Of a stretch of 64,000 nt of DNA, positions 19,792-32,039 are shown piece by piece. Every line of letters starts with the position of its first letter. Position 1 is the first letter of the stretch. This DNA comes from Alphaproteobacteria bacterium (GTDB taxonomy: Bacteria > Pseudomonadota > Alphaproteobacteria > GM7ARS4 > G965262615): the NCBI GenBank assembly GCA_965262615.1, contig OZ253545.1, positions 448,001 through 512,000 on the forward strand, given 5' to 3'. The notes under the pieces were generated by a model. It was not told the DNA's origin. It was given only the letters and a program-made list of their open reading frames with translations, and did not search any database. Made by a program: the position numbers and the translations under genes.

Positions 19792-20919
19792 TATTCAACA
19801 ATCATCTTTGTCCTCGTTGGGGATTGGCGCGCCGCTTGCGTTGCTGGCGGAGTTGTCTCACCGTTGTCCCTTGCAGTGTCCCTATTGTTCCAATCCGTTG
19901 CATTTGGAAGAAAAGTCGCTGGAGCTGGAACTGACAGATTGGAAGCGTGTGTTTTCTCAAGCGGCGGCGTTGGGGATGCATCAGGTGCATTTGTCGGGAG
20001 GCGAGCCCACCGTGCGCAAGGACTTGGAAGAAATGGTGGCTCATTGTCGCGAGGTGGGGCTTTACACCAATCTCATCACATCGGGCGTTTTGTTGGATGA
20101 GGCGCGTTTGCGCTCATTGGCGGCGGCGGGCTTGGATCATGTGCAGATTAGTTTTCAGGATACCAATGAAGCCAATGCCGATCGCATTGGAGGATATGAA
20201 GGCGGTCACGCTAAAAAAATAGAAGTGGCGGGATTGGTGCGCAAAGTGGGATTGCCTTTGACTATCAATGCGGTGATGCATCGGCAGAATTTGGACTCGC
20301 TGGAAGACTTTCTTGCCATGGCGGTGGATTTGGATGCGGCGCGCATTGAAATCGCTCAAGTGCAATACTATGGATGGGCACTCAAAAACAGGGCGGCGTT
20401 CATTCCCACCTATGACCAATTGCAGCGCGCCACCGCCATTGTGGAAAAAGCCCGCAAAGATTTACAGGGCGTTTTGGAAATTGACTATGTCGTGCCTGAT
20501 TATTACGCCAAGCGTCCCAAAAACTGCATGGGCGGATGGGGACGCCAGTTCATGAATATATCGCCGTCTGGTGATGTTCTGCCGTGCCATGCGCACAGAC
20601 GCTGTCTCATTTGAAGTTTGATTCTGTGCGGGAGCACTCGTTGGAATGGATATGGCATCATTCGGAGGCTTTTAATCTCTATCGCGGCACATCATGGATG
20701 CCTGAGCCGTGTCAGAGCTGCGATCGCAAAGAGATTGACTGGGGCGGCTGTCGTTGTCAGGCGATGGCACTCACGGGGGATGCCGCCAACACCGATCCCG
20801 CCTGTGAGCTGTCACCGCTTCATGAGGAAATTTTTGCCATGGCGGCACAAGAAGCCGCGAGCGATGCTCCTGAATTCATCTATCGCCGTTTGGGGGTGCG
20901 TTTTAATCAGGCGGGGTGA
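19772..20919 (+). pseudogene. pqqE: PQQ radical SAM/SPASM peptide cyclase, split by an apparent 1-bp deletion near 20593
   Basis: ORF 19772..20614 carries CPLQCPYCSNP, SGGEP, CMGGWG, LPCHA; ORF 20584..20919 continues with the SPASM half (C..C...DWGGCRCQA). CAT GCG CAC AG would read H-A-A-Q if one G were restored. Confidence 0.88.
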
Positions 20920-21431
20920 GCACTGGAGGCTTCCACCTTGCGACACGCCCATTGACTGCGGCGAGTCACCGCTTTCATCACCGCTTGATAATGATGAAGA
21001 ACTTTGGTCAAGGTTTCGCCATTGAGGAGTGACGGTCCTTCGGCGGGCGAATTGATCATCATGAGCAGAGTGATGTTTTTGCGAAACAATTCGCTCACAT
21101 TGGTCATTTCTTGAAGGAAATTCTTTTCTGCGCCATGCAGGTGCTCACTGCCCACTTTGCGGCTTTGCACGATTTTCTCGTGCAGAACATTTTGTTTTTG
21201 TTTTATTTCCTTTTGAAAGGAATTCATCAGAGCCGAACAGATGGCATGGCGCGTTTCTTCTGGAGAGAGAACCAAGCGACTGTCGGTGGGAGCGCCGTCA
21301 GAGATGAAAAAGCGAGACTGTTCGTCACTGTAGGTAAAAAAGCCCTCGGTGGTCAGACGAATATCATGCTGACCCTCGTGGATGAGAGTCAGTTTATCAA
21401 TGATATAGTTTTCATCGTAGGTCTCCATCAT
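20907..21431 (-). CDS. Hypothetical protein
   Basis: Fills the gap between pqqE and exbB; likely start MMETYDENY preceded by GAGGGG; no recognised motif. Confidence 0.6.
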   Translation of the reverse strand: MMETYDENYIIDKLTLIHEGQHDIRLTTEGFFTYSDEQSRFFISDGAPTDSRLVLSPEETRHAICSALMNSFQKEIKQKQNVLHEKIVQSRKVGSEHLHGAEKNFLQEMTNVSELFRKNITLLMMINSPAEGPSLLNGETLTKVLHHYQAVMKAVTRRSQWACRKVEASSAHPA

Positions 21432-21503
21432 GATGCATCCCCTCGTGTGATGTTTAGTCTGTAACAATTGATAGGATTTTGTTACATTCCTCAAAACACG
21501 GGA

Positions 21504-22106
21504 ATGATGATGACGGAACTCTTATCTTTATGGAAACTGGGCGGCGGCATCATGGTGGTGCTGTCATTGTGTTCGGTGTGGCTGCTGGCGATGGTGTTAT
21601 ACAAATTGTGGCAATGGCGATGGGTGCGCAGTCACTGCGAGGAGTCCATTCGTCGGGTGATGGAAGGCGCGAGTGAGCGTTCTCGTCAGCAATTGATCAA
21701 GGATCTGAGTGGCATTCCTCATGTGGCGGCACTGGCATGTGTTCGCATTGCGAGCACCAATGGCAGACGCGTGTCATGGGAATGGGGGGCGGTGCCGATT
21801 TTGTTGGAGGAATCTCGTTGGCTACGGCGATTTTGTCCCTCACTGGAGCTGCTGGCGCACTTGTCACCTCTGCTGGGATTGTTGGGAACGGTGCTAGGCA
21901 TGATTGATGCTTTCAGCATGTTGGAACAGGTGGGAGACCAAGCCGACCCATCGGTTTTTGCGGGAGGCATATGGAAGGCTTTGTTGACAACGGCAATGGG
22001 GCTGGTGGTGGCGATTCCCGCTTTGGCGGCGTTCAATTTTTTTGATGAACGCGCGAGCCGCGCCGAACAGTTCATGGAGCGCACCGCACGAGGACTGTTC
22101 TCATGA
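21504..22106 (+). CDS. exbB: ExbB-type MotA/TolQ/ExbB proton channel
   Basis: SPLLGLLGTVLGMI and GGIWKALLTTAMGLVVAIPA. Confidence 0.9.
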   Translation: MMMTELLSLWKLGGGIMVVLSLCSVWLLAMVLYKLWQWRWVRSHCEESIRRVMEGASERSRQQLIKDLSGIPHVAALACVRIASTNGRRVSWEWGAVPILLEESRWLRRFCPSLELLAHLSPLLGLLGTVLGMIDAFSMLEQVGDQADPSVFAGGIWKALLTTAMGLVVAIPALAAFNFFDERASRAEQFMERTARGLFS

Positions 22107-22483
22107 GCTTTCTGTTTGGCGCAAAAAAGAACAAGCGTGCACCCAATTGGACACCATTGGTGGATGTCATTTTTCTTTTGCTGATTTTTTTCATGGTGAC
22201 CAGCTCCTTATCACACCCATCGGCACAGCCACTGGCGGCAACGGCCCATGGCAGTGGACAAGAGCCCATTCCTCTCTTGTTGGTGCGCCGCGATGGCTCT
22301 TTTGTGCTGAAGGGAGAGGAGATGAGTGAGTCGCAATTGCGTCTTGCTCTGCAGCCCGCTTCATTGGCTCGCGGCGTGACCGTGACGGTGGAAGAGGGCA
22401 TTACAATCGGTCGCATGGTGCGCGTGACCGATTGGCTACGGCGAGCTGGCATTGCGCCGTTGTTTTTCGCCGCAAAGCCGTGA
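22103..22483 (+). CDS. exbD: ExbD/TolR family protein 1
   Basis: TPLVDVIFLLLIFFMVTS with the conserved Asp. Confidence 0.9.
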   Translation: MSFLFGAKKNKRAPNWTPLVDVIFLLLIFFMVTSSLSHPSAQPLAATAHGSGQEPIPLLLVRRDGSFVLKGEEMSESQLRLALQPASLARGVTVTVEEGITIGRMVRVTDWLRRAGIAPLFFAAKP

Positions 22484-22487
22484 TGTC

Positions 22488-22871
22488 ATGCTGTTTGAAC
22501 CGTCCACGAAAAAGCAAGACAGCGGATTGAGTCTGATTCCGCTGATTAATATTGTTTTTTTGTTGTTATTGTTTTTTTTGGTGAGTGGCTCATGGCGAGA
22601 CTCGGTGGAGCGAGATGTGTCACTGCCCAGCAGTGACCAGCCATTGGAATCGTTGCATGATGGCGTGGCGGTGGTTTTGACTCATGATGGCACATGGCAC
22701 ATGGCAGGGCAGACGGTGACACTGCCGCAGCTGACACAGCAATTGCAAAGAGCGGGGCGCATTAACATTTATGCCGATGAGGCGGCGGCGGCATCCTCTT
22801 TGCTGGCATTACTGGCGGCGATGGAATCATCACAGTCTCAATTGTTTCTCATTGTGCGGCGCAGTCCATGA
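22488..22871 (+). CDS. exbD: ExbD/TolR family protein 2 (Asn at the conserved Asp position)
   Basis: IPLINIVFLLLLFFLVSG, LP.S, I.AD motifs. Confidence 0.85.
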   Translation: MLFEPSTKKQDSGLSLIPLINIVFLLLLFFLVSGSWRDSVERDVSLPSSDQPLESLHDGVAVVLTHDGTWHMAGQTVTLPQLTQQLQRAGRINIYADEAAAASSLLALLAAMESSQSQLFLIVRRSP

Positions 22872-23413
22872 CAGATAGGCAAGACAGATTGATTTTTTCG
22901 CTGGCGATGGCGGTGTCGGTGATGATTCATGCCGCCGTGCTTTGGGGCATGTCTTGGCGGGTGCATGAGCCTTCACCACCACAACGCCATTCTGTGACTC
23001 CATTGCAATTAATTCTGCTGCCCCGTGAGCAATCCTCTGTGGAGATTCCTGTCAAGAAGGAGGGTAGTACGCAATCAGAAGAAGATCCCGTGGCGGTGCA
23101 GCAACTCGTCAGGGAGCAACAATTAATCAAAGAGCAAAAAGCCGATTATTTCACCGTGCTGCACGCCATGATTGACGCATCCAAGACCTATCCCACGCGG
23201 GCATTGCGTCGGCGATTGGAGGGCAGCGTTGTGGTGCGGGTTGTGGTGGATGACATGGGCGCGCTGGTGTCGGCTGTGATTGCACAAGGCGATGAGACTT
23301 TTGAGGCGGCATCATTGGATGCGGTGCGCCGAGCCGCGCCTTTCCCGCCATTGCCATCATCACTGGGGGAGCGTTTGGTGTTTGATGTGCCACTTTATTA
23401 TCGCTTGCGCTGA
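22868..23413 (+). CDS. tonB: Energy transducer TonB
   Basis: N-terminal TM with SVMIH (S-x3-H); C-terminal YPTRALRRRLEG.V.V...AAPFPP. Confidence 0.9.
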   Translation: MTDRQDRLIFSLAMAVSVMIHAAVLWGMSWRVHEPSPPQRHSVTPLQLILLPREQSSVEIPVKKEGSTQSEEDPVAVQQLVREQQLIKEQKADYFTVLHAMIDASKTYPTRALRRRLEGSVVVRVVVDDMGALVSAVIAQGDETFEAASLDAVRRAAPFPPLPSSLGERLVFDVPLYYRLR

Positions 23414-23457
23414 GCTTGACCTAATGATGGCTCTTGCCTACAAGCAAAAGAGAGGAG

Positions 23458-23534
<77 letters not shown>

Positions 23535-23551
23535 CACAAAAGGATATCACC

Positions 23552-23920
23552 ATGCTTATGGCTGTTGCCATTGATTATTTGCCCGTCATCATATTTCTCG
23601 CCATGCTGTGCGGTCTGGCATTGGTGATGCTTTTGGCATCGTGGTTTGTGGCATGGCAAAAACCGTATGGCGCAAAGAATGCTCCCTACGAGTGTGGCTT
23701 TGACCCCTTTGAGCGCACCAAAGGACGATTTGACATTCGCTACGCTCTGGTGGCGGTGCTCTTTGTGATTTTTGACCTGGAGGTGGCATTTTTGTTTCCG
23801 TGGGCGGTGACGATTGGCGTGAATGGAATGGTGGGATTTTTTGCCATGATGATTTTTTTACTTATATTAACGGTGGGCTTTATCTATGAGTGGCAATCGG
23901 GGGCATTGGAGTGGGAATGA
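23552..23920 (+). CDS. nuoA: NADH-quinone oxidoreductase subunit A
   Basis: [26 protein letters not shown]. Confidence 0.97.
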   Translation: MLMAVAIDYLPVIIFLAMLCGLALVMLLASWFVAWQKPYGAKNAPYECGFDPFERTKGRFDIRYALVAVLFVIFDLEVAFLFPWAVTIGVNGMVGFFAMMIFLLILTVGFIYEWQSGALEWE

Positions 23921-23921
23921 C

Positions 23922-24422
23922 ATGATGAACCACAATGTCAGTGGCGACAAGGCGGGGCCTTTTGCTCAGCGTGGCTATGTGCTGGGTCAGTTGGATGAAA
24001 TGATTGGCTGGGCGCGTGCTGGGTCACTCTGGCCCATGACTTTTGGACTCGCCTGTTGCGCCGTGGAGATGATGCAAGCCGCCGCCAGTCGCTACGATTT
24101 TGACCGTTACGGCATTGTGCTGAGACCCTCGCCGCGCCAATCGGATGTCATGATTGTGGCGGGCACGCTCACCAACAAGATGGCGCCCGCTTTGCGCCGC
24201 GTCTATGACCAGATGGCAGAGCCGCGCTGGGTGATTTCTATGGGGTCATGTGCCAATGGGGGTGGGTATTATCATTATTCCTACTCGGTGGTGCGGGGGT
24301 GTGACCGCATTGTCCCTGTGGATATTTATGTGCCCGGATGCCCTCCCACGGCGGAGGCGTTGCTCTATGGATTGATGCGCCTTAAGAAAAAAGTAAGGCG
24401 AGAGAGCGGAATCAGACGATGA
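23922..24422 (+). CDS. nuoB: NADH-quinone oxidoreductase subunit B
   Basis: [31 protein letters not shown]. Confidence 0.98.
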   Translation: MMNHNVSGDKAGPFAQRGYVLGQLDEMIGWARAGSLWPMTFGLACCAVEMMQAAASRYDFDRYGIVLRPSPRQSDVMIVAGTLTNKMAPALRRVYDQMAEPRWVISMGSCANGGGYYHYSYSVVRGCDRIVPVDIYVPGCPPTAEALLYGLMRLKKKVRRESGIRR

Positions 24423-25003
24423 GCGCAATTTTGCAAGACATCAAGGAGCGGCTGGTACAGCAAGCGGGCGACGATGTCCATTTTGACAACGACCATCAGT
24501 GTGTGGTGGAACTCTCTGCCATTCGCTCTGTGCTCACTTTTTTGCGTAATGATCCGGTGTGTGCCTTTGAGCAATTGACCGATGTGTGCGGTGTGGATTA
24601 TCTGGGACGCAAACCGCGTTTTGATGTGGTGTATCATCTCTTGAGTTTGCAGCGCAATGTGCGTGTGCGTCTGCGGGTGGCGGTGGATGAGGACGGCATT
24701 GTTCCCAGTGTGACATCCATCTGGGCGTGTGCCTCATGGTATGAGCGCGAGGTGTGGGATATGTTTGGCATTGCGTTCGGCGACCATCCCGATTTGCGCC
24801 GCATCCTCACCGACTATGAGTTTGATGGTTATCCACTGCGAAAAGATTTTCCTCTCAGTGGTCATCACGAGGTGCATTATGATGAAGCCACGCAGCAGTT
24901 GCGCCGTGTGCCCGTGCAGTTGGCGCAAGGATATCGTGATTTTGATTTTGAAAGCCCCTGGCAAGGCATGATGTCTGCCAGTCGCCCACGAGATGACTCA
25001 TGA
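24419..25003 (+). CDS. nuoC: NADH-quinone oxidoreductase subunit C
   Basis: [22 protein letters not shown]...PLRKDFP. Confidence 0.97.
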   Translation: MSAILQDIKERLVQQAGDDVHFDNDHQCVVELSAIRSVLTFLRNDPVCAFEQLTDVCGVDYLGRKPRFDVVYHLLSLQRNVRVRLRVAVDEDGIVPSVTSIWACASWYEREVWDMFGIAFGDHPDLRRILTDYEFDGYPLRKDFPLSGHHEVHYDEATQQLRRVPVQLAQGYRDFDFESPWQGMMSASRPRDDS

Positions 25004-26178
25004 CACGGGACGACGATGGGCGATATTTTTTGAATTTCGGACCGCAGCATCCCGCCGCGCATGGAGTGTTGCGTCTGGTTTTGCAGATGGACGGCGAAGT
25101 GGTGGAGCGCGCCGACCCTCACATCGGATTCTTGCACAGAGGCACGGAAAAGCTCATTGAGCACAAGAGCTATTTGCAGGCATTGCCGTATTTTGACCGT
25201 CTGGATTATGTCGCGCCGATGGCTCAAGAGCATGCGTGGGCATTGGCGGTGGAGCAATTGTTACAGCTGAAAGCGCCTCCTCGAGCCCAAGCCATTCGTG
25301 TTTTGTTTGCCGAATTGAGTCGCTTGCTCAATCACGCTCTCAATGTGACCACCTTTGCTTTGGATGTGGGGGCGATGACGCCTGTTTTTTGGCTTTTTGA
25401 AGAGCGCGAAAAAATGATGGATTTTTATGAACGGGTCTCGGGCTCTCGTATGCATGCGGCGTATGTGCGTCCTGGCGGGGTGCAGCGGGATTTGCCACAC
25501 GGGTTGCTGGATGACCTCAGTGATTTTATCGCTCACATGCCCAAAGTCATCAAGGAGATGGAGCAGTTGTTGGATGACAATCGTATTTTTCGTCAGCGCA
25601 CGGTGGATATCGGCGTGTGTGCGGCGGAAGATGCCATCGCATGGGGATTCACGGGACCGTGTTTGCGAGCCTCAGGGGTGGCGTGGGATTTGCGTAAAGC
25701 GCAGCCCTATGATGGCTACGACCAATTGGAATTTGATATCCCCGTTGGCTCTGCGGGTGATTGTTTTGATCGCTATCGGGTGCGGGTGTTGGAGATGTAT
25801 CAAAGTCTTGCCATCATGAAGCAGGTGATTGAACGCATGCCCAAGGGTGACATCATGACATCAGACGGCAAAGTCGCGCCGCCCACCCGCCAAGAAATGA
25901 AGGAATCTATGGAGGCACTCATTCATCATTTTAAATTGTATACGGAGGGCTATCATGTGCCTGCGGGCGAACTGTATTGTGCGGTGGAAGCTCCCAAAGG
26001 AGAGTTTGGCGTTTTTCTCATTGCCGATGGCAGTGCGCGTCCGTATCGGTGTAAGATTCGTGCCCCTGGGTTTCCTATTTTGCAGTCCTTTGATTTTTTG
26101 ACGCGCGGCGCAATGCTGGCAGATGTGGCGGCTATTTTGGGCAGCTTGGATATTGTCTTTGGAGAAATTGACCGATGA
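25000..26178 (+). CDS. nuoD: NADH-quinone oxidoreductase subunit D
   Basis: [25 protein letters not shown], ends DIVFGEIDR. Confidence 0.98.
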   Translation: MTRDDDGRYFLNFGPQHPAAHGVLRLVLQMDGEVVERADPHIGFLHRGTEKLIEHKSYLQALPYFDRLDYVAPMAQEHAWALAVEQLLQLKAPPRAQAIRVLFAELSRLLNHALNVTTFALDVGAMTPVFWLFEEREKMMDFYERVSGSRMHAAYVRPGGVQRDLPHGLLDDLSDFIAHMPKVIKEMEQLLDDNRIFRQRTVDIGVCAAEDAIAWGFTGPCLRASGVAWDLRKAQPYDGYDQLEFDIPVGSAGDCFDRYRVRVLEMYQSLAIMKQVIERMPKGDIMTSDGKVAPPTRQEMKESMEALIHHFKLYTEGYHVPAGELYCAVEAPKGEFGVFLIADGSARPYRCKIRAPGFPILQSFDFLTRGAMLADVAAILGSLDIVFGEIDR

Positions 26179-26639
26179 GTGATTTTTCGTTCAGCTCAGA
26201 AGATGAGGATTATATCACCGATGTGCTGGCTCGCTATCCGCAAGGTCGTGAGGCGAGTGCGGTGATGCCTCTGCTGACGCTGGCACAAAGGCGCGGCGGC
26301 GGACACCTCACCCGCGCCGCTATGGATGCGGTGGCACGGCGACTGTCAATGTCTCCTGTGCGGGTCTATGAGGTTGCCCATTTTTATTCTTTGTATCACC
26401 ATCGCCCGGTGGGCAAAAAGCAGATTCATGTGTGCACCTCCATCTCTTGTTGGTTGCGAGGGGCATCGGGTTTGTTGGCAATGGCGCGCTCGCTGGAATC
26501 TGATGGGGTGTCGGTGCATGAGACGCAATGTCTGGGCGCGTGTGTCCATGCTCCTGTGGTGATGATGGATGACAGCTATCATGAGCAGGTGAACGCCCCT
26601 CAATTGGCTCGGATAATGAAGGGTGCTTCCGATGCTTAA
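26175..26639 (+). CDS. nuoE: NADH-quinone oxidoreductase subunit E
   Basis: YP...[23 protein letters not shown] [2Fe-2S] ligands. Confidence 0.95.
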   Translation: MSDFSFSSEDEDYITDVLARYPQGREASAVMPLLTLAQRRGGGHLTRAAMDAVARRLSMSPVRVYEVAHFYSLYHHRPVGKKQIHVCTSISCWLRGASGLLAMARSLESDGVSVHETQCLGACVHAPVVMMDDSYHEQVNAPQLARIMKGASDA

Positions 26640-27930
26640 GACAAAAGATCGCATTTTTACCAATTTGCAAGGCATGGAGGAGTGGCATCTGCAGGCGGCA
26701 AAAAAGCGCGGGTGTTACCACAATGTGACCGAGATTTTGCAAAAATCCAGAGCCGAGATTATTGGCGAGGTGACCCAATCGGGTCTGCGGGGGCGTGGCG
26801 GCGCGGGATTTTCCACTGGCAAGAAGTGGTCATTTATTCCCTCATCGCAGGACACGCCGTGTTATGTGGTGGTCAATGCCGATGAGGGCGAGCCGGGCAC
26901 ATGCAAAGATCGCGATATTATGCGCTATGAGCCCCATCGCTTGCTGGAGGGAACAATGATTGCCTGTGCCGCCATTGGTGCGCGTGTGGCTTATATCTAT
27001 ATCAGAGGCGAATTTGCTCATGAGGGAGCGATTGTTGAAGAAGCCATTGGGGAAGCTTACGCAGCTGGCTTGCTGGGAGACAATGCGGCACAATCGGGAC
27101 TTGCCATTGATTTTTTCGTTCATTATGGCGCGGGGGCGTATATTTGCGGCGAAGAGAGTGCGCTGCTGGAGAGTCTTGAAGGACGCAAAGGACAGCCGCG
27201 TCTCAAGCCTCCCTATCCAGCCGAGGTGGGACTTTATGGATGTCCCACGCTGGTGAATAATGTGGAGACGCTGGCTGTTGTGCCGGAGATTATGCGGCGC
27301 GGCGCGGCATGGTTCGCCTCTATGGGACGGCACAATAATCACGGCAGCAAGATTTTTTGCATCAGTGGCCATGTCAATAAGCCGTGCAATGTGGAAGAGG
27401 AGATGGGCGTGCCACTGCGCTGGCTCATTGAGACTTATGCGGGCGGCGTGCGCGGCGGATGGCACAATCTGCTCGCCGTCATTCCGGGAGGCAGCTCCGT
27501 GCCGATTTTGCCAGCCTCTGTCTGTGACGCTATCACGATGGATTTTGACGCATTGCAACGGCATCATTCCGCGTTGGGAACGGGGGCGGTGATTGTCATG
27601 GATCGCAGCACCGATATTGTCAAATGCATGGCGCATCTCATGGCGTTTTACAAACACGAATCGTGCGGACAATGCACGCCGTGTCGTGAGGGCAGTGGAT
27701 GGGTCTGGCGGCTTCTGGATAAAATCGCAAACGGCAAGGGGTCTATGGAGGATATTGAGCTGTTGGAACAGCTCACCCATCAGATTGAAGGACACACCAT
27801 CTGTGCCTTTGGGGAAGCCGTCTCTTGGCCCATTCAGGGATTGCTGCGGCATTTTCGCGATGCGGTGGAGCAAAAAGTAACGCCTTCTGCTCACGCCGTC
27901 ACACAGGAGGCGAATCTATGCCTCAATTGA
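26632..27930 (+). CDS. nuoF: NADH-quinone oxidoreductase subunit F
   Basis: [41 protein letters not shown]. Confidence 0.98.
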   Translation: MLKTKDRIFTNLQGMEEWHLQAAKKRGCYHNVTEILQKSRAEIIGEVTQSGLRGRGGAGFSTGKKWSFIPSSQDTPCYVVVNADEGEPGTCKDRDIMRYEPHRLLEGTMIACAAIGARVAYIYIRGEFAHEGAIVEEAIGEAYAAGLLGDNAAQSGLAIDFFVHYGAGAYICGEESALLESLEGRKGQPRLKPPYPAEVGLYGCPTLVNNVETLAVVPEIMRRGAAWFASMGRHNNHGSKIFCISGHVNKPCNVEEEMGVPLRWLIETYAGGVRGGWHNLLAVIPGGSSVPILPASVCDAITMDFDALQRHHSALGTGAVIVMDRSTDIVKCMAHLMAFYKHESCGQCTPCREGSGWVWRLLDKIANGKGSMEDIELLEQLTHQIEGHTICAFGEAVSWPIQGLLRHFRDAVEQKVTPSAHAVTQEANLCLN

Positions 27931-29960
27931 TTATCAATGGCACACCCATTGAGGTGGCACAGGGGCTCACGCTGATGCAGGCGTGTGAGCAGGCGGGGAT
28001 TGAAATTCCTCATTTTTGTTATCATGAGCGATTGTCCATAGCGGGCAATTGTCGCATGTGTCTGGTGGAACTCAAAGGCAGTCATAAACCCATCGCCTCG
28101 TGTGCCATGGCGGTGCAAGACGGCATGGAAGTCACGACCGACAGCGAGACGGTGCGCAAAGCGCGCCATGGCGTGATGGAATTTCTCCTTGCCAACCATC
28201 CGCTGGATTGTCCCATTTGCGACCAAGGCGGCGAGTGTGACTTGCAAGACCAAGCCGTCGCCTACGGACGCTCATACTCACGATTTCAGGAAGAAAAGAG
28301 AGCCTTTGCCGATGATGATTGGGGGCCTCTCATCAAAACTCATATGACGCGCTGTATTCATTGTATGCGGTGTGTGCGTTTTGCCACGGAGGTGGCGGGG
28401 GTGGAGGAAATCGGCTCGCTGGGCAGAGGCGAAGAGACGCAGATTATCCCCACCATTGAAAAAACCCTCACTTCCGAATTGTCTGGCAACATTATTGATT
28501 TGTGTCCTGTGGGCGCGCTCACCTCCAAGCCCTATGCCTACAAGGCACGCCCGTGGGAACTGGAGAGCACCTACAGCATTGATGTCATGGATGCCATGGG
28601 AAGTCATATTCAGGTGGATGCCCGCGGGCGCGAGGTCATGCGAGTTTTGCCCAGAGAATGTGATGACATCAATGAAGAGTGGATCAGCGACACGGCGCGT
28701 TTTTCTTATGACGGCTTGGCTTTGCAGAGATTGGATCGTCCGTGGGTGCGCGAGAACGGTCGCTTGCGATCGGTCTCATGGGAGCGGGCATTGGAATTCA
28801 TTGAGGGCACATTGAAAAAAGCTGATGGTGCGACCATGGCGGCTCTGGCAGGAGATTTGTGCTGTGGAGAATCCATGATGGTGCTGGGGGATCTACTGGA
28901 TTTCTACAACTGCCCGCACAGAGATTGCCGTCAGGACGGGGCATTGTTTGATGGCTCACAAGCGGCGGGGTATGTGTTTGGTGGCGGCTTTGCGAGCGTT
29001 GATGAGACTGATGCCTGTTTGCTGGTGGGATGCGATTTGCGTCACGATGCCCCTTTGCTTCATAGCCGCTTGTTGCGCCGCGTCATGCACGATGACATCC
29101 CTCTGGCATTCATCGGACAACGCCAGCCGCATGATATTCTGCCCTATGAGCATCTGGGTGAAAACACCGACGCTTTGCTGGATTTGCAACAAAGCCCCTT
29201 TGCTCAATCATTGAACAAGGCACAAAAACCCATGCTGATGGTGGGAATGGATGCCTTCACGATGCCACAGGGGATGCTGGTGCATCATGTTTTGTATCAG
29301 TTGGCACAGCGGTATGAGTTGGTGCGGGATGATTGGTGGGGGTTTAATGTGGTGCATCGGGCGGCGGCGCGGGTGGCGGGACTCGCCTTGAACTTTCTGC
29401 CGCGCCCCGAAGGATGGCACACAAAAATCATTGTTGATGAGGCACAAAAGGGCACAATCGGAATCCTCTGGTTGCTCGCCGCCGATGAGGCTCTGCCCTC
29501 TGATTTCAAAAAAAGCAAAGACACCTGCATCATCTATCTGGGGCATCATGGTGACACCGCCGCCCACCATGCCGATGTCATTTTGCCCACCGCCGCCTAT
29601 ACCGAAAAAAATGCCACCTACATTAACAGTGAAGGGCGGGTGCAACAGACGCACAAAGCCGTATCGCCGCCCGGACTTGCTCAAGAGGATTGGATTGTGC
29701 TGGCTGAAATCGCTCGCCGATTGAAAATTCCTTTGGACTATCATGACAAGCCCTCCTTGCGTCAGGTCATGAGTCGCCGTCATCCACTGTTTCTCAATCG
29801 GGATCGGCACGAAAAGCCCCAGTGGCGCGCGTTTGGTGCTGAGGGAAATTGTTCTGGTCTAATTTTGCCGTCTCGTGAGACGAATTTTTATTTAAGCAAC
29901 GCCATCTTGCGGGCATCACCCGTGATGGCTTCCTGTGCGCGGTTGGCTCGGTCGTCATGA
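27918..29960 (+). CDS. nuoG: NADH-quinone oxidoreductase subunit G
   Basis: [42 protein letters not shown]; SD AGGAGG before ATG 27918. Confidence 0.98.
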   Translation: MPQLIINGTPIEVAQGLTLMQACEQAGIEIPHFCYHERLSIAGNCRMCLVELKGSHKPIASCAMAVQDGMEVTTDSETVRKARHGVMEFLLANHPLDCPICDQGGECDLQDQAVAYGRSYSRFQEEKRAFADDDWGPLIKTHMTRCIHCMRCVRFATEVAGVEEIGSLGRGEETQIIPTIEKTLTSELSGNIIDLCPVGALTSKPYAYKARPWELESTYSIDVMDAMGSHIQVDARGREVMRVLPRECDDINEEWISDTARFSYDGLALQRLDRPWVRENGRLRSVSWERALEFIEGTLKKADGATMAALAGDLCCGESMMVLGDLLDFYNCPHRDCRQDGALFDGSQAAGYVFGGGFASVDETDACLLVGCDLRHDAPLLHSRLLRRVMHDDIPLAFIGQRQPHDILPYEHLGENTDALLDLQQSPFAQSLNKAQKPMLMVGMDAFTMPQGMLVHHVLYQLAQRYELVRDDWWGFNVVHRAAARVAGLALNFLPRPEGWHTKIIVDEAQKGTIGILWLLAADEALPSDFKKSKDTCIIYLGHHGDTAAHHADVILPTAAYTEKNATYINSEGRVQQTHKAVSPPGLAQEDWIVLAEIARRLKIPLDYHDKPSLRQVMSRRHPLFLNRDRHEKPQWRAFGAEGNCSGLILPSRETNFYLSNAILRASPVMASCARLARSS

Positions 29961-30952
29961 TGCATCCGTTGTTACTGTCGGTGGCACATGGGCTTGTGTT
30001 GATTGTGGGGGTTTTGTTTGCCACGGCGTGGCTCACATGGTTGGAGCGTAAAATTCTCGCCGCCGCCCACTGGAGACGAGGGCCTCAAGTGGTGGGGGTG
30101 TTTGGATTGTTGCAACCCGTTGCCGATGGCATCAAGGCTCTCACAAAAGAAACCATTGTGCCGCACGGAGCGCAGACCTTTCTCTTTGTTCTTGCACCTG
30201 CCCTTACTTTTGTCTGTGCTTTGCTCGCGTGGGCGGTCATTCCTTTTGATGAGGGATGGGTGATGGCGGATGTCAATGTGGGGGTGCTTTATATTTTTGC
30301 CGTCTCATCATTAGGTGTCTATGGCATCATCATTGCCGGATGGGCGAGCAATTCACGCTATGCATTCTTAGGAGCAATGCGCTCGGCAGCTCAGATGATC
30401 TCCTACGAACTTGCCATTGGCTTTATTCTGGTGACGGTCATCATTCTCGCCGGGTCTCTCAATTTATCCGATATTGTGCGGGCGCAACAAAATCTGTGGT
30501 TTGCCATTCCACTGTTTCCTGTGTTTGTCATGTTTATCATCTGTGCCCTTGCCGAGACCAATCGCGCCCCGTTTGACCTGCCCGAAGCCGAAGCCGAACT
30601 GGTCGCCGGATACAATGTGGAATACTCATCCCTCACCTTTGCCCTCTTTTTTCTCGCAGAATATGCCAACATGCTGCTGATGGCTGCCATGACCACCATC
30701 CTCTTTCTCGGTGGATGGTTGCCGTTTTATGACATTGCACCTTTGAATCTCATCCCTGGCATTGTTTGGTTTATGCTCAAAATGACGCTGGTCATCGTGT
30801 TGTTCATTGTGGCGCGCGCCAGTTTTCCTCGCTATCGCTATGACCAATTGATGCGCTTGGGATGGAAAATTTTTCTGCCCTTATCGCTTTTTTGGCTGGT
30901 GGTGGTATCATGCTATGTTTTTATCACCTCGGCTTATGGATGGACATCATGA
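29957..30952 (+). CDS. nuoH: NADH-quinone oxidoreductase subunit H
   Basis: ERK...[31 protein letters not shown]. Confidence 0.98.
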   Translation: MMHPLLLSVAHGLVLIVGVLFATAWLTWLERKILAAAHWRRGPQVVGVFGLLQPVADGIKALTKETIVPHGAQTFLFVLAPALTFVCALLAWAVIPFDEGWVMADVNVGVLYIFAVSSLGVYGIIIAGWASNSRYAFLGAMRSAAQMISYELAIGFILVTVIILAGSLNLSDIVRAQQNLWFAIPLFPVFVMFIICALAETNRAPFDLPEAEAELVAGYNVEYSSLTFALFFLAEYANMLLMAAMTTILFLGGWLPFYDIAPLNLIPGIVWFMLKMTLVIVLFIVARASFPRYRYDQLMRLGWKIFLPLSLFWLVVVSCYVFITSAYGWTS

Positions 30953-31452
30953 GAGGCTTATTTTCCAAAGCGCGCGCCTTTTTGCTGCTGGATATGATGA
31001 AGGGCTTGTTGTTGGTGGCGCGAGCGATGCTGCGGCGCAAGGTCACGATTTTCTATCCTCATGAAAAAACGCCTCTTTCCCCTCGTTTTCGCGGCGAACA
31101 CGCATTGCGGCGATATCCTTCCGGAGAAGAACGGTGCATAGCATGCAAACTGTGTGAGGCGGTGTGTCCCGCTCAAGCCATCACCATTGAAGCCTATGTG
31201 GATGATGATCAAATCAGGCGAGCGTCCCGCTATGACATTGATATGACCAAGTGCATCTATTGTGGCTATTGCGAAGAAGCGTGTCCTGTGGATGCCATCG
31301 TGGAGGGGCCCAATTTTGAATTCGCCACCGAGACGCGCGAAGAGCTCATTTATGACAAAGAACGCCTTCTTGCCAATGGCGATCGCTGGGAGAGCATTCT
31401 TGCTGCGCGCCTTGCTCACGAGCGCGACCAAACGACACGCGAGGGACAATGA
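30949..31452 (+). CDS. nuoI: NADH-quinone oxidoreductase subunit I
   Basis: [12 protein letters not shown] and [12 protein letters not shown]. Confidence 0.98.
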   Translation: MRGLFSKARAFLLLDMMKGLLLVARAMLRRKVTIFYPHEKTPLSPRFRGEHALRRYPSGEERCIACKLCEAVCPAQAITIEAYVDDDQIRRASRYDIDMTKCIYCGYCEEACPVDAIVEGPNFEFATETREELIYDKERLLANGDRWESILAARLAHERDQTTREGQ

Positions 31453-32039
31453 ATCAATTGTTGTTTTATCTGCCCGCGGTTCTCATCACCGTGAGCGCGA
31501 TGACGGTTGTGGGGGCGCGCAATCCTGTCTATGGCGTTTTTGCCCTTATTCTCGCTTTTTTCAATGGCGCGGCTTTGTGTTTGATGCTGGGGGCGGAACT
31601 CATCGCTATGGTGATTCTCATCGTTTATGTGGGCGCGGTGGCGGTGCTTTTTTTGTTTGTGGTGATGATGCTGGACATTGACGGCGCAATCAAAGACGCG
31701 CGCCTGACGCAATACCTGCCTTTGGCATCATTGCTGGCTGCCATTTTGTTTCTTGAATTGCTGTTTTTCATTCGCATCTCGCTCAGTGAGGTTTCTGTGT
31801 CCGCCGCCTCATCACCCACCATCACCAATGCCGAGGCTTTGGGACGAGTCATCTACACCGATTACATGCCGTTGTTTGAAATCGCCGCCTTGATTTTGTT
31901 GGTGGCGATGGTGGGGGCGATTATTCTCATGAATCATCACAGGCGCAGGCAGCGACAGGATGTCATGCACCAAACAGACAGCGCACGCAAAGAGTCGGTT
32001 CAGCTGCGGCAGGTGAAAACAGGACAGGGACTCAAATGA
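31449..32039 (+). CDS. nuoJ: NADH-quinone oxidoreductase subunit J
   Basis: [17 protein letters not shown]; FE....LLVAMVGAI. Confidence 0.96.
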   Translation: MNQLLFYLPAVLITVSAMTVVGARNPVYGVFALILAFFNGAALCLMLGAELIAMVILIVYVGAVAVLFLFVVMMLDIDGAIKDARLTQYLPLASLLAAILFLELLFFIRISLSEVSVSAASSPTITNAEALGRVIYTDYMPLFEIAALILLVAMVGAIILMNHHRRRQRQDVMHQTDSARKESVQLRQVKTGQGLK

